Shown here piece after piece: positions 1 to 19,441 of a stretch of DNA of 64,000 bases. The notes beneath the pieces are model-generated. The model was not told the DNA's origin and did not search any database. It worked only from the letters and a program-made list of their open reading frames with translations. The stretch's first letter is position 1. Every line of letters starts with the position of its first letter. The stretch covers positions 2,480,001 through 2,544,000 of the forward strand of contig CM035350.1 of the NCBI GenBank assembly GCA_020137815.1, written 5' to 3'. This DNA comes from Hormiphora californensis. Lineage: Eukaryota; Animalia; Ctenophora. The translations under genes were made by a program, and so were the position numbers.

Positions 1-525
1 ACGGGTTTACTAGTGTTTTTAAAGACAGACATCCCAACTACCCAGATAATGGAATATCCTATTGATGGGAAAGTGTATCAAAAAGCACTTGGTACTGGTG
101 TGCACAATGTGATCCACGCTCAACCGATCACAAACCACAGTGACTGCACGTTGAAAACTCATACGACAAAATTCTTAGAAAAGGTAGCTATAATTATTTC
201 ATTCAATTATTATATACACGCATCTTTAACAGACCGATATTTTCCAACAAGTTTCACAATTTTTCTCGGCAGCTAAATTTACATGTGGTGAAACTCAAAT
301 TGAAGGACTAAATAGTTTCCATACAATTAATAGAACACTGCGAGAGAGAAGAATGAAAAACCACACGTGGCTACGAAAGGAGCTGTGCCAATGAATAATA
401 ATCCAAAACTAGAGAAATATTTCATAAGTTGCTACTACGAAAATTTGCAATTTGAGGGAAGCCTAATTGTAGCTCAGCAGAAAGCTTCAAGAGGGAGAGA
501 GGGAGATTGTACACGAGACTTTAGA

Positions 526-562
<37 letters not shown>

Positions 563-1254
563 CAGAGCAATAAATCAGCAGTGCAGCAGCAGCTGCAGTA
601 GCAGCCAAAGTGTACCTGCTGCTGCAGGCATAGCTGGTGGCACTTTTACTGTTGACAACCTAGCTTTCTCTCTCTCACTCTCCCTCTCACTCTCCCTCTC
701 TCTCCCTCTCACTCTCTCCCTCACTCTCTTCCTCCCTCTCCCCCTTTAGCTTTTTCCATCTTCTAATTCTCCCTCTAGTATATAGCCAGATTCTCTCCGA
801 CCTCGAGTGTTGACAAGTCGTGAAGCGAACACCCGCGGCCCTTGTTTTACACTATGGAACTGGGATAGTGGGAGACTCAGACACATGAAAGAATGGAGAG
901 GGGGAAGAGAGATAGGGATATAATAGAAAGCTAGACAGAAAGCTCCTACACTCGACACTGTCGACTCGCCATATATGAAGACAACAGCAGCTGACTAGAG
1001 AGTACTCAAAACAACATAGCGAGTTGCTCAAATGACACAACTACGAGATGCATTATTGCGGGGAAGACAGTTTTAAATGACTTAACAAACTCTCAGGTAA
1101 CCGGGAAAATAGGACCAAGTGAGAGAAATAGGACAAGCTAGGGAGAGATAGAAATTTAATTAGGTAAGTGTTGAGCTAAAATAAGTATTCGCCAGCATTT
1201 AGTGTACGCGAATACTGCATCAGGTCCTCTCTAAATGAGCAACTCACCACGAGA

Positions 1255-1320
<66 letters not shown>

Positions 1321-1322
1321 AG

Positions 1323-1419
<97 letters not shown>

Positions 1420-1677
1420 GAGAGAGTGAGAAAGGAAGACAAGAAAGACAGAGATGCCAGTCACACTACTACAGAAAAGTCCCCACCTTCCTCTCTATTT
1501 CTACCTATCTTTCTTCCTTTTTACTTCTTATCGAATAAAGGCATTAGCTATTTTAGGTGACATCGGTGCATGACTATTAAATTCAATTTTCCCTCGCACA
1601 CACTCAGAATTTCAGCATCGCAAAACGACAAAAAACAGTCCACACATATTGGAGGTGTTATTATGACGCGTGACAAA

Positions 1678-2708
1678 TCATGCTCGGAAGATCTCGTATC
1701 CTGGTTTTCCAGGAAGCTGGAGGATTGTGTCAATTTTCTGTTGAACCATCTTCCACGCAGAACCTCCCAATAGTGTAGTACTGACTTTCCTGATCTCCTT
1801 TGAACAGGGCCCGTTGAATGCCTGTGGGAGAGAGAGAGAGGGTTAAGTGAGCCGGTTGCCGGAAGGTAAATTGAGTTTGCAAAAAATGCAGTTCCGACGA
1901 ATACGCGATAGAAAGTTGGTAAACACCGGCCGACTGTGTTAGGCGTTCTGTTAAAAATATTACTCACCGCTGCCGTGTGGTCGAATTTCTTTCCAAACTT
2001 CTCCTCAAGACCCTTGAAAGCATTAGCAATCTTGGGAGGAGCATCAATATCAGCAGCCATACCGCAGTCCTTTGCTCGTCGGGCAACGGCAAGCAGGGTA
2101 TTCACAACGTTCATCTTTCCTTTCAATTTGAGAAGATCATCGGGGGAGAAGATGGATGACTCAGGGACTCTGAGTTCTCGAGCCCAGGTCATGAACTTCA
2201 TGACATTTTCTCGGGCCTCCATTGATCGAGCAGAGCACTCCAAATTGTAGGCCTGCGAGAATGGAACTCAGTAAAATATGAAGAAACCCAAAAAACTGGA
2301 ATTATTTTGGGCACGTCGCGCCCCTCTGTGTTTGTTCACGAAATGTTGAAAGTAGCCTGCTACTCAGGCAAGAAATATTTTGGATGAATAATGCATTTTG
2401 GTCTAAATGATAGCCTCTCAGTCCAAATGGGTTACCTGTGGAGGGTTAGAGGGTAGATCATGGCCATTGCTCTCACTTTTACTGCAATCATCAACACTAT
2501 CCTGAATCACTTCAGCCAACTTGCAGATAAGGCCTCCATTCCTGATGCTTGTAATGAGGTTCTCTCTGTTGAGAGTCTCCCCCAGAATACCACCCATCCA
2601 GATGCACAGCTTGTCCACCATCATCAACATCCTCTCGTCCTTGACGTCATCGAAGGACATCCTCCGGTCATATTTAACCCCAGCCCTGCGTGCTGGCCGT
2701 CCTGACAT
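1678..2708 (-). CDS. Calponin-homology (CH) domain protein, GAS2-like, 3 exons (2708-2436, 2252-1968, 1821-1678)
   Basis: Spliced translation MSGRPARR...KLCIWMGGILGETLNRENLITSIRNGGLICKLAEVI...ARENVMKFMTWARELRVPESSIFSPDDLLKLKGKMNVVNTLLAVAR matches a type-3 CH domain of the GAS2 family. Introns are GT-AG and phase-compatible. The last exon is less certain and shows no recognisable GAR domain. Confidence 0.75.
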
Positions 2709-3760
2709 TGTTAAACACTCACTAGTCAACACGTGGGAGGGGTGAAAAATGGGAAACAGCTTTGCAGTTGTAGGGCTTCAGGTGAACAAGGCTAACAGTG
2801 CAGTTCAAGTGGGGGGAAGCACGTTGTACAGACCCACAAACATACCAACAAACTCGACAAGGCAGGAGAGAGAGAGGGGCTTTCCAAAAAAGGTTTAAAA
2901 CCCCTAGGTCCAAAAAAGGTGGGGGGGGAAATTTAAATTTGGGGCCCCAACCAAATTTTTTCAAAGTCTCCATCATTGTTCGCGGGCCAGTAGGACCTTT
3001 GTACAGGTTTAACTCAATGTAACGCGTGTTTGCATGACAACGACCGGCCTGGTCAGTCTTTTTCAAGCTAGGCGGCTTAGGAAAAGGTAAATTTACCTAC
3101 CCGCGCAATCAACAGACCCCGTGCGGCATGAGAGATATATCTCTAATTGCACTTACAATTGTTCCCAAGACCATATTCCGGCTAGAATTAGATGAATACA
3201 GATTGCTATATCTGTACCCCCGTGACCTGGCCCGTATGAGGCTAGGATGGTTTACCGCCATAAACTTAACTTACTAATAATTAATAAGGACACCATGCTA
3301 GCTAGTGGACGTGAAATTTTCTTAAAATGCCCCCGCGTGGCAATCTACCCAGCGTAAATTTTTTTGAGGGCCCCCCCCTGTTCCTCCTGAAAACCCCCGG
3401 CACTTTGAGCTATATTGGACAAAGCGTCTTTCCGTCTTCGTTCGTTGTGGTTCTGGAAATTATTATGAACGATGGACGGATGTTTTTTTTAAACTATTTA
3501 TTTTTCCCCCGAATTTCAAAAGGCAACAGCCCTTGACAAAAAAAACCGAGTGTTGACGTGCCCAAAAACCCGAATAGGGGGGATTTAAAACCTCTGTTTG
3601 TTGGTTTGGGGCGTAGGGGGGCAGTTGATAAAAAAACCCCCCCTCTCCCCCCCCTTCCCTTTTTCCCCCCCTTTTTTTTTTTCCCCCCCCCCTTCCCCTC
3701 TTTCCTCCCCCTCTCTTCTCTCCCTTTTTTCCCCCCATCCCCCTCCACTCCATCTCATTT

Positions 3761-3809
<49 letters not shown>

Positions 3810-3866
3810 CCCTATCTGCTCATTCTGTCAAGAAAAACAACCACTCCTACTGCTAAATTCCTTCAG

Positions 3867-8013
<4,147 letters not shown>

Positions 8014-10302
8014 TCATTGAACCAGATCAGTGAATATCTTATCAAGCGAAGAAGAGAGTACAATTTGAAGATGGAAGCTTTTGATTATTTGGGGGATATC
8101 GGTTACAATTGTATACGGCTGAGTGGTGTTTGCTATTTGATCAGAGATTTGAATACGGTTTTACCTCATTTCAATACGGTTCAATAAATTTGATACACTG
8201 AGTTTCTTTTTGCGGTTTTCGAAGGAGCCATATTTTGTTTTGCCTGCAAACACAGCAAAAGTTTACGGGGAATTACCCGACTTTACAAAATAATAAATAT
8301 AACTCCTTCACTTCAAGGTCTATAACCTGGTTAGGTGGTTTTTTTTATGCACCTATTACAAATGGACCTGCTGCAGTCCTTTAGACATACTCATATCCCT
8401 TCTCTTCATGAATCAGAAAAACTGAGTTGAGTTATTGTCACCTGTCACATACTGCGAGGAATGTGAGAGAGGTAGAAGGTGAGAGGGACAAGAGGCAGGG
8501 AATCAAAGAGCTGTGAGAGAGTCCAACAAATTCACATACATCTGGGGGCTGCTACGCGGTTCACTAACTACCCCCCAGCCTCCCCGCCCGATAGTGATAT
8601 TATACCTCTGTTACGGTTGATATGTGACCTTGGCTGAAGTTCAACTAAACACACCAAGCTACGTGTGTTACAATTTGTGTTACAAATTTAATGTCTATTT
8701 CATTCTCCTCCTTGTAACTTAATACCAGCCCTTTACTACTGCTGAGATTCCATCTATCTTTTTGGAAACAAAGTTACCAGAACAAGAAAGGGTGGAGGCA
8801 ACAATTCTCTTTTTGCAGAGAGGGAGAAATAGATAGAGAAATAGAGAGATCAGAGAGAGAAATAGAGAAATAGAGAGGGAGGGAAGGGCGCTATGTGGAG
8901 GAGACATTTTAGAGGACAAATCAGAATATAATTTCATCAGTGATCAATAACAAACCATCTAATCATCCGGGAGTTGTGAGCCCTCACTAACAAGTAGCTC
9001 CTCGAGTAATACTTTTTGTAACTCATCCTTCGCTGTTGAATGATTAAGACTCACGGTAGTAAGGAGCTGTTTCGCAGTTTAAGGATTTGTCGCTGCTATT
9101 ATTATAGTGCATCTTCATTCTTTCTTTGAAAATGAATTGAATGAACCCCTTAGTGATTTTAAAGTTTGGGTTTCAATTTTACAAAAAAAACCCTCTCAAT
9201 CAGACACAGTCTACTCTGATCAATCGATGCCGGGATGTTATTAATATGAAAACCTTTACTCGAAATACTTCTACTCTGGTTCTTGTCTGCTTGAAGTGCA
9301 ATATAGGGCAGATAACTTGGCCGCTTATCTACCGCGATGTCCTTGCTTCCTTCTTCTCGGGCAAGTGTTCGGGGTTTATCGTGGCGGGCCCGTAGATGAC
9401 CTAAAACGTTATAATTTAGTACTAGCCCACTCAAATGACACTGATTTTATCACACTTTGTGCTACGCATATTTTACTCATGTTCGGTCACAAGGGTCGAG
9501 GCATAATTTTAGTATTATTAATTATAGCAGGTTAATGTTGGGGTTCTGCCAAGTGTACTAAAGTGTAACAGTAGTCGATTTCATATCGGCACAGCCCCTC
9601 GTGATTTAAACAGTTTCATGTCTTCCTAGTTTCGATGCACTTTTGTCATAAGAAACCATTTTGCCAACCATTTGCCAACTTTTTTAAGCCATTAATTTGG
9701 ACCCGGGGTTTTTCCCGCAAAACTTCTTCAAATTTTCTTACTTTTACTCTTTATTAATAATATAGTAATACAACGCTTTAGGCTAACTGTTGGGGAGTGC
9801 TAAAACTCTGTTAATGCAAAAACCCGTTAAACCCCCCCCCTTACTCCCTTTTACTTTCCTTTTATCTCCTTTACTATTGTAGTTTTAAAGGGGTAGTATT
9901 TAGCAGGAACTAAAAATTACTTCCGGAACCCAAAAATATTACGGGGAAAGTAAGGGGGAAATTTTGGAAGGGAAAATGGACAGGGATAAAGGGGAAGTAA
10001 AGGAGGGTTCTTGTGTATCTTCAATGGCTCTCTATCTTCTTCCGGGGCTTCCGGGATTTGGGGGGGGCCCCCCCCCCCCCCCCCTTTTTCCCCCCTTTTA
10101 AAAGGGTGAAAATTTTTTTGGGCCCGGGATTTTTGATTTTTTCGGGCTTTTAAAAACCCTTTTCTTCCCCTTTTTTCTCTCTTATCTTTTCTCCCCCTCT
10201 CTCCTCTCTCTCTCTCTCCCTCTCTCTCTCTCCTCCTCCTTCTCCCCTTCTCTTCTACTCTTTCTCTCTTCTTTCTACCCTTCTCTTTCTTATTCCTCTC
10301 TT

Positions 10303-10402
10303 NNNNNNNNNNNNNNNNNNNNNNNNNNNNNNNNNNNNNNNNNNNNNNNNNNNNNNNNNNNNNNNNNNNNNNNNNNNNNNNNNNNNNNNNNNNNNNNNNN
10401 NN
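10303..10402. other. Assembly gap (100 N)
   Basis: Run of Ns, preceded by homopolymer-rich low-quality sequence. Confidence 1.
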
Positions 10403-11519
10403 TACCAGGAAGGTACATACAGGACAGGGACAGTACCAACATACGTACCAGGACAAACATTACCAAAAAGACAGTGACCAGACAGGGACAGTACCAGGAC
10501 AGGGACAGTACCATGACAGGGACAGTACCAGGACAGGGACAGTACCAGGACAGGGACAGTACCAGGACAGTACCAGGACAGGGACAGTAACAGGACAGGG
10601 ACAGTACCAGGACAGGAACAGTACCAGGACAGGTACAGTATCAGGACAGGAACAGTACCAGGACAGGTACAGTACCAGGACAGGAACAGTACCAGGACAG
10701 GGACAGTACCAGGACAGTACCAGGACAGGGACAGTACCAGGACAGGGACAGTACCAGGACAGGGACAGTACCAGGACAGGGACAGTACCAGGACATGGAC
10801 AGTACCAGTACAGGGACAGTACCAGGACAGGGACAGTACCAGGACAGTGACAGTACCAGGACAGGGGCAGTACCAGGACAGTACCAGGACAGGGACAGTA
10901 CCAGGACAGGGACAGTACCAGGACAGGGACAGTACCAGGACAGGGACAGTACCAGGACAGGGACAGTACCAGGACAGGGACAGTACCAGGACAGGGACAG
11001 TACCAGGACAGGTACAGTGCCAGGACAGGGACAGTACCAGGACATGGACAGTACCAGGACAGTGACAGTACCAGGACAGGGACAGTACCAGGACAGGGAC
11101 AGTACCAGGACAGGGACAGTACCAGGACAGTACCAGGACAGGTACAGTACCAGGACAGGGACAGTACCAGGACAGGTACAGTGCCAGGACAGAGACAGTA
11201 CCAGCACAGGGACAGTACCAGGACAGGTACAGTACCAGGACAGGGACAGTACCAGGACAGGTACAGTACTAGGACAGTACCAGGACAGGGACAGTACCAG
11301 GACAGGAACAGTACCAGGACAGGGACAGTACCAGGACAGGGACAGTACCAGGTCAGGGACAGTACCAGGACAGGGACAGCACCAGGACAGGGACAGTACC
11401 AGGACAGGGACAGTACCAGGACATGGACAGTACCAGGATAGGTACAGTACCAGGACAGGTACAGTACCAGGACAGGGACAGTACCATGACAGTACCAGGA
11501 CAGGGACAGTACCAGGACA
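10403..11519. repeat. 17-bp minisatellite (ACAGTACCAGGACAGGG)n with 11-bp variants
   Basis: Head-to-tail repeats over ~1.1 kb. The 17-aa periodicity in the ORF track equals three 17-bp units. Confidence 0.95.
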
Positions 11520-12215
11520 CTATACAGTACACACTGACTCCAACCCATTTATTACAATTGAAGTGCATTTTGGTTTTTTATTGGTTGGACCATATTGGTC
11601 GAGTGCGTAAAAAATTAAGAACCAAAGCGCACTTTTGGAAATCGAAAACACGGTTATTTTAATTCACACAATAGTTATTCATCAAAGCATTTTACAATAG
11701 CACGATCAAGATACGGACACCATGCGGCCCTCGGATGACTAGGATATATCGAGACTCCTCCAGTAGCTCAGATTGGAAGCCAGCTACCCCTCTCTAGAGG
11801 CCAGCTACCCCTCTCTAGAGGCAGGTGATTGACACAGCTGGGGGCCTTAAAATACTCGTCAACTCTCTCACACACAGACATACACACACGAACATTGCCA
11901 ACAATAAATATGATTAAAAGTCAATTTAACCTCCTTTCCACTCACAATCCCACAGCCAAATAAATTTTGTAACCAATACTAAACCTCCAATTGTATAAAC
12001 TAAATAAATGATGTTCTACATGATCACCACGTACCACGTGTACCACTCACTCCTCTCGCACAGATAATATTATTTGTTTAGCTTCAAATGAAATAAAACT
12101 GAAAAGTTGAACAATATATCACTCTCTCTCTCGCATCTACCCTACACACCCTCTCTCGTTCTCCGCAAGGAACATGAAAGTCCAGCCCTCAACAGTCCCT
12201 CTTTCTCTCCCATTT

Positions 12216-13720
<1,505 letters not shown>

Positions 13721-14561
13721 CTAAAAACAAAACTAGGTGATATGATCTAATATTGTACTACTGGTCAGATCAAGCTGCAACTTGCCTTGTTCAACTCTGT
13801 ATCACAAATGTAAAGGAGGTTAGAACATAACAAGCTGAGAAATCTACAGTGCAGTACAATCTAGTGTGTATGAAATGCAGTTTGAGAGAAAATGAAAGGC
13901 TCTCACAATGCGGCCCAGATATATATGATTAATCAAAAGTCGTGTAATCCAATGAGGGCAACACATTCTCACACAAGATAGGGGAATGCAGCAGAGAGGG
14001 GATATTATTACCCAGAGTGGGATAAATTATTAAAATATTCACTGCAGCAGTTATCACTGAAGGACTAGTTAAGAGTGTGTCTCTTGAAGCCTCACAGGAG
14101 AGACATTGACAGGCTCCTCACAGGCACAAGTGACAGTGACAGCTAAACTGCGCGCACACAAAATCACACGCTACGTTGTTACGCACACTGCTTAACTTGC
14201 CTACCCACGCTGGGAAATTTCCCCCGCGCCCTGCTAGTCGTATTGGCTCTCCCTCTCGCTCCTTTGTCCCGCCTCATTATCCCTTATACACTCTCGACAC
14301 TCTCGCTGCAATCTTCGCATTTCGGCACACTATTCCACTGCACTTTCTCTAAATGTAAAGAAGCTGGGTGCATTAAATTGAGAGATCTCTCTCCTTACAT
14401 TCAGTCAGTGTCTGAAGTTGTGGGGACAAATGAGACATACACACAATCACACACACAGAGCCAACCTATAACAATCATAGGAGAATCCCATTAGAGAGAG
14501 AATGAAAGAGAGGAAGAGAGAGAGAGAGAGGGAGAGAGAGTGAGTGTGTGTGTGTGTGTGT

Positions 14562-14681
<120 letters not shown>

Positions 14682-14977
14682 AAATGGGAAATGAAACATC
14701 TCTCTGGCAAACTTCATTTCACATATTATTACACTCACACGACACTCGGTCAATCGACTAGAAGAATGCCGCACATTATGTACAAAGAAGCACAGAGAAA
14801 TCAGAGAAGAAATGAAACGAAAAGATAGATCGTTAGAGTCGTCATTCAGAAAAAGATAGAACCCCCATTTAGAGGATCGATATCTGGTACACATTATACT
14901 ATACAAAGACAGAGAGCGTACATTCTTGGGTACCTAACAACAAAGAACGCCAAATGTACACCAATCTCAGAAAGAGA

Positions 14978-15056
<79 letters not shown>

Positions 15057-15078
15057 CAGAGAGTAGAGAAGGAGTAGA

Positions 15079-15136
<58 letters not shown>

Positions 15137-17136
15137 AGAGAGAGACAGAGACAGAGAGAGAGAGGGGGAGAGAGAGAAACAGAGAGAGAGAGAAACAGAG
15201 ATAGAGGTAGATGTAGAGAAAGAGAGAGAGAGACTGCGAGCTTCACTTCCTCCCTAATCTTATACCATAATGGGTTTGCTGCCGTTCCACCCACACACAC
15301 ACACACACATGTACACGATTCCCATGTGGAAATGCAGTACATGTAATATCAGAGTGTGATGATAGAGAGATAGAGAGAGAGAGGGGATGTCTGATGATAT
15401 GATCAGTGTATCAAGATGGTGATAATGATGGAGAGGAAAGAGCTGGAACGAGGCCAGGTGCAGCACGCCACCCTCCCACCTGATACACATGTCCCAGATC
15501 GCTTTACTTTTTAGGTCCCTTTTCTCCTCTCTGTAATTCTAACTCTTTCCCTTCTCTTCTCTCTCGCTCTCCCTCTCTCGTTCTATTTTCTAGATTCATT
15601 CCCTCTATCCACCTGGCACCCCTCCGAACCGTTTACACGAAAATATGGGCCAACTGGGATTTCTTTCACGAAATGTCACACGAACAGCCACAGCCTTACT
15701 TCACTGTCTATCTCTTTCCTACTCAATTACGTTACTACATCGAACTCCTTTACTTCTCTTTGGAAACTAGCCAATTTTTTATTATTTTTAGCGTGCTTGC
15801 CTAACTTTGAGAAACATCACCGTGCCTGCTGGTCCCTTTTCTCTTTCCGATTCTACTCTAGAGTTGCCTAGCTAGACCCTGCCCCACAAATGTAAAGGGA
15901 GGGTTAGAACATAACAAAAATAGAGAAGAAGGTGAGAGAGCCAGAAAGAGAGACATTGTCACCAGTGGGTATTGTCACCAGTGACACCACCATTATTCTT
16001 CATCTCTTCTTTGGTACAACAAATGTGCTTCCTTCTTACGAACTGCTGCCATAAGAAACCGAGCACATACATTTTATCGAGGCCATAGCTGTGACCTAAG
16101 AGGAAGGGAGATAATGTTAGTACAGGGAAGTAAGAGACATAAATTCTTTAGTAACCCGAGGTTGGGAGCAGTGCTTTAGACTGAAATCAGGGGAATTCAG
16201 GGTTACGTGGTTATAGGAAATTACTTTTTTTGCAGAGAGAAAGGGCCAAGAGGGGTAGAAATAAAGTAGAAGATGGGAGATGGGGAACATATTAAAGTGG
16301 AAGAGGATTGGACTAGGATTGGAAAAGGATTGTAAATTGATTGTAATTGAGGATTGGAAGAGGATTAGAAAAGGATTGTAATTGATTGTAATTGAGGATT
16401 GGAAGAGGATCGGAAAAGGATTGTAAAAGGTCTGGAAATTGAGTAAAACACGGTGGATGACATATAAAAACGAAATTTAAGTTACTGATTGAAAAGCTTG
16501 TACCACAACACACACACTCATGATCACAATTAACACAATATGTGATATACCATATAATGGTACTCAATATATAATAATGAACAAGTGCATACTAAACAAA
16601 CTAAAACCTACACACATACAGACAAACACATACATGTTGCGTCTAAAAAGGAAGGTGTTATATTTGATGTGTTTGTATACAGTCTATATGTACACGTTAG
16701 CTTGTGTGTGTGTGAATGTTAAAAGATAAACGGTGAGAAGACAATGAAGGTGTTATGTATAAACAGGCGGAGATGTGATTTTTAAAAGCAAAGACATTAT
16801 TATATGCGAGTGTAAAAAATAAAGCTTTAAAAACAGGCCTACTGATTTATTTACACAGATCCATTTTCATCAACCCTTTTTCTTTAAAAACATGAAATGA
16901 TCATAAACTGATGAACCCTCTTTTTAAAATTGAATTCTTTTTAAAATTGAAAAAAAATTCTCTCTCACCGGGTCATAGGCAAACCTGCTTGTATAGCAAG
17001 TGTAGCAAGTCAATGTACTCTCTCTGCCTCAAAACTTGCTTTCTCACCCCGCAGTTTTCCCTGTATGCCACGTTCGAGAGAAAGAGAGTTGAGAGTGAGA
17101 GATAGTAAGAGATATATCTACACGCCAATCACGGCT

Positions 17137-17170
<34 letters not shown>

Positions 17171-17246
17171 GTAACAAGCCCCCGACTCGTCAATCCCCCT
17201 CTCACATGAATGCCAGATTATTTCTCAGACAAACACAACCACATTT

Positions 17247-18119
17247 TCAGTCGCTCTGAATCTCCTCGTCCTCATCTAACGAGGGTTCCATGGCGTGGTT
17301 CCTGATCCCGGTGTTAAGTCCAATACTGGTCCTCCCTGATATCAGTTTCCCGTGGACGTTCTCCACCAACCCCTCCATTAGATGGGTTATGTCTTGGTGG
17401 CACTGGGCACTTGTCTCGTAAAATAGCATCCTGTTGGCACGGGCATACTCAAGTCCCTCCTGATGGGGACAACCAATTACGAAGGAGTTACCATTGTAAT
17501 GGATAATTAGGGGATAATTGCAATTGAGTTTTTGTTTTCATTTTACCTACCGAACCATGACCCATCACCTGCCTATTTGTAATTAAATACCTGTGTAGAG
17601 ACTTGTCTTAATGGAGCGATATCACACTTATTTCCCACTAGCACAAGGGTAGTGTTAGGTTCGCATTGTAACTTGCAGTCCTGGACCCAAGATCGAGCTG
17701 CTGTAAAGGTATCCCTCTGAGTGACATCATACACTATCAACGCTGCAGCTGTACCCTTGTAGTAGTCTCTGATGAAGGGATGTAAATCTAGAGACATGTA
17801 CATGAATATATTGAGAGATGTAAGAATAAGCTACAGAGATCAAAGAAGTCTTGCAATACTGTGACTGAACAGGAAACGTAGTGTGTACCATGACATACTT
17901 GATGATGTCTTTAAACCGATGATTCCCCGCTGTGTCGATTATCTGAAGTTTAATCTTTCTATTCTTAAAAAGGATGTTGTGAAATTTAAGATCAACTCCG
18001 AGGGTGAAGGCTGGAATCCTGAATTCCCGGTGGCATAACTGGTGTAAAAGGCATGTTTTCCCTACTCCCGTTTCACCTGATACTAAAATCCTTATCTTGA
18101 TGTCATAGCTCCCACTCAT
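17247..18119 (-). CDS. Divergent Rab-family GTPase (Rab2/4/14-like); exons 18119-17899, 17768-17591, 17459-17247
   Basis: G1 GETGVGKT, G3 IDTAGN, DYYKGTAAALIVYDVT, G4 NKCD, G5 ETSAQ. The spliced frame is open and ends in EDEEIQSD* with no cysteine. Confidence 0.85.
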
Positions 18120-19441
18120 TCCTAAACATTTAGGTAAATGATCATGTTGTGTAAAATTACAGATGATTGTCTTTCAATCGGCTAAATATACCACTCTTTA
18201 GTGTAATAGTATTAGATAACATATTGAAAGCCTATGCTATACACACACTTTCTACTTGAGTAAGGGGGGAGTAAGAGTGAGGAGACAAGACGACAAAACC
18301 GTAGTGGTAGCCTGTAACGCTCCAGTTACAAAATTGAAACCTCACATCAGTTTCTCTGGACAGCTGGGACACTCCTGGTGAACCATACCGCGCACGGCAT
18401 TTTCGATCACGTGATCGATATGAATTGTATTGAAAGTAGCACGTCAGCACTCCAAAGAGAACCTGACCCCAGTTTTCACTGAAACTTATATCAGGTTTTA
18501 ATTTTGTAACTGGTCCCTAACGGGTAACCATGAATGGGGATCCCTAAAAAAGTTCAGTATTTACACAGCGTTTACACAGTCTTTAAACAGTCGTTACACC
18601 CAGCGCCGCTCTGGCCTCTGGGTGTTACGACTGCGTTTTTTGCACTCGATTTGCAGCGTTTATGGACTTTATAGAACGGCGCATGTGAGTGTCTAGGAAG
18701 CGGCGGGGGTTAATCCGTGAGAAAATACATCGAAACTTTTCCGCATTGTAGCACATTTTTTTAGCTCGCCACGGGGATGCACTACACAGGCGTCTTTTCC
18801 GGTCGATTCAGCGGATAGAAAATCGTGAAAGGAATTGGAGAATGGTACCGCAGATAACGGGTCTGTCGCCCTGTCAGCTTTCAAGCCCTTCGTATGTGAC
18901 AATGATGAATGAGAGGGAAATTCAACAGCTGGGGATTTTGGAAAAAGTCAAAAGTGAACGCGTCGCAAGTAAAAAAAAATCGAAACGCGAGATCAGATTT
19001 ACTTCGCGCGCGTATTAATGTTCAGTGATGCGCGTAAATGTTTTGCGCGCAACAAATTTAGGGAGAAAATTTCCTGTCATAATTTTTCTACAACACCAAT
19101 TCTCACCAAATTCTTCCGTCCGTTCGAGAATAAAAACTGACATTTTCCTTAAGGTTATCAGTAAATAAATGTTTCAGACAAATGGGTTCCATAAAAACTT
19201 TTCAAAAAAAGATTAAAACCAATACAAAAGTTGCGTGGCCTCAGTCCTTTTCTCTCTCATAATTTATGATATGCCTTATAAGACGATGTTCGATGCTCTG
19301 CAAGTCTCGGCAGCCGAAACAAGTGCAAAGATAGACACATGTGTTACATCTAGCGGAACGTACAATTCACAACCACACATACACACCCAAAATAGCAGCC
19401 CACAAACATAAGCAAAAAAGGAGGGATAGAGAGCGACATCA

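Noticed and set aside
1176-1464. SL/ER-rich ORFs here and at ~14450-15350 and ~28000-28400
   Set aside because: Translations of (AG)n microsatellites, not genes.
3330-3810. G/K- and P/F-rich ORFs; similar sequence at ~2880-2960 and ~9700-10300
   Set aside because: Homopolymer-inflated low-quality sequence next to microsatellites or the gap.
10403-11610. Long repetitive ORFs ([17 protein letters not shown]) and a possible CRISPR-like array
   Set aside because: A head-to-tail 17-bp minisatellite with no unique spacers, open in several frames on both strands.
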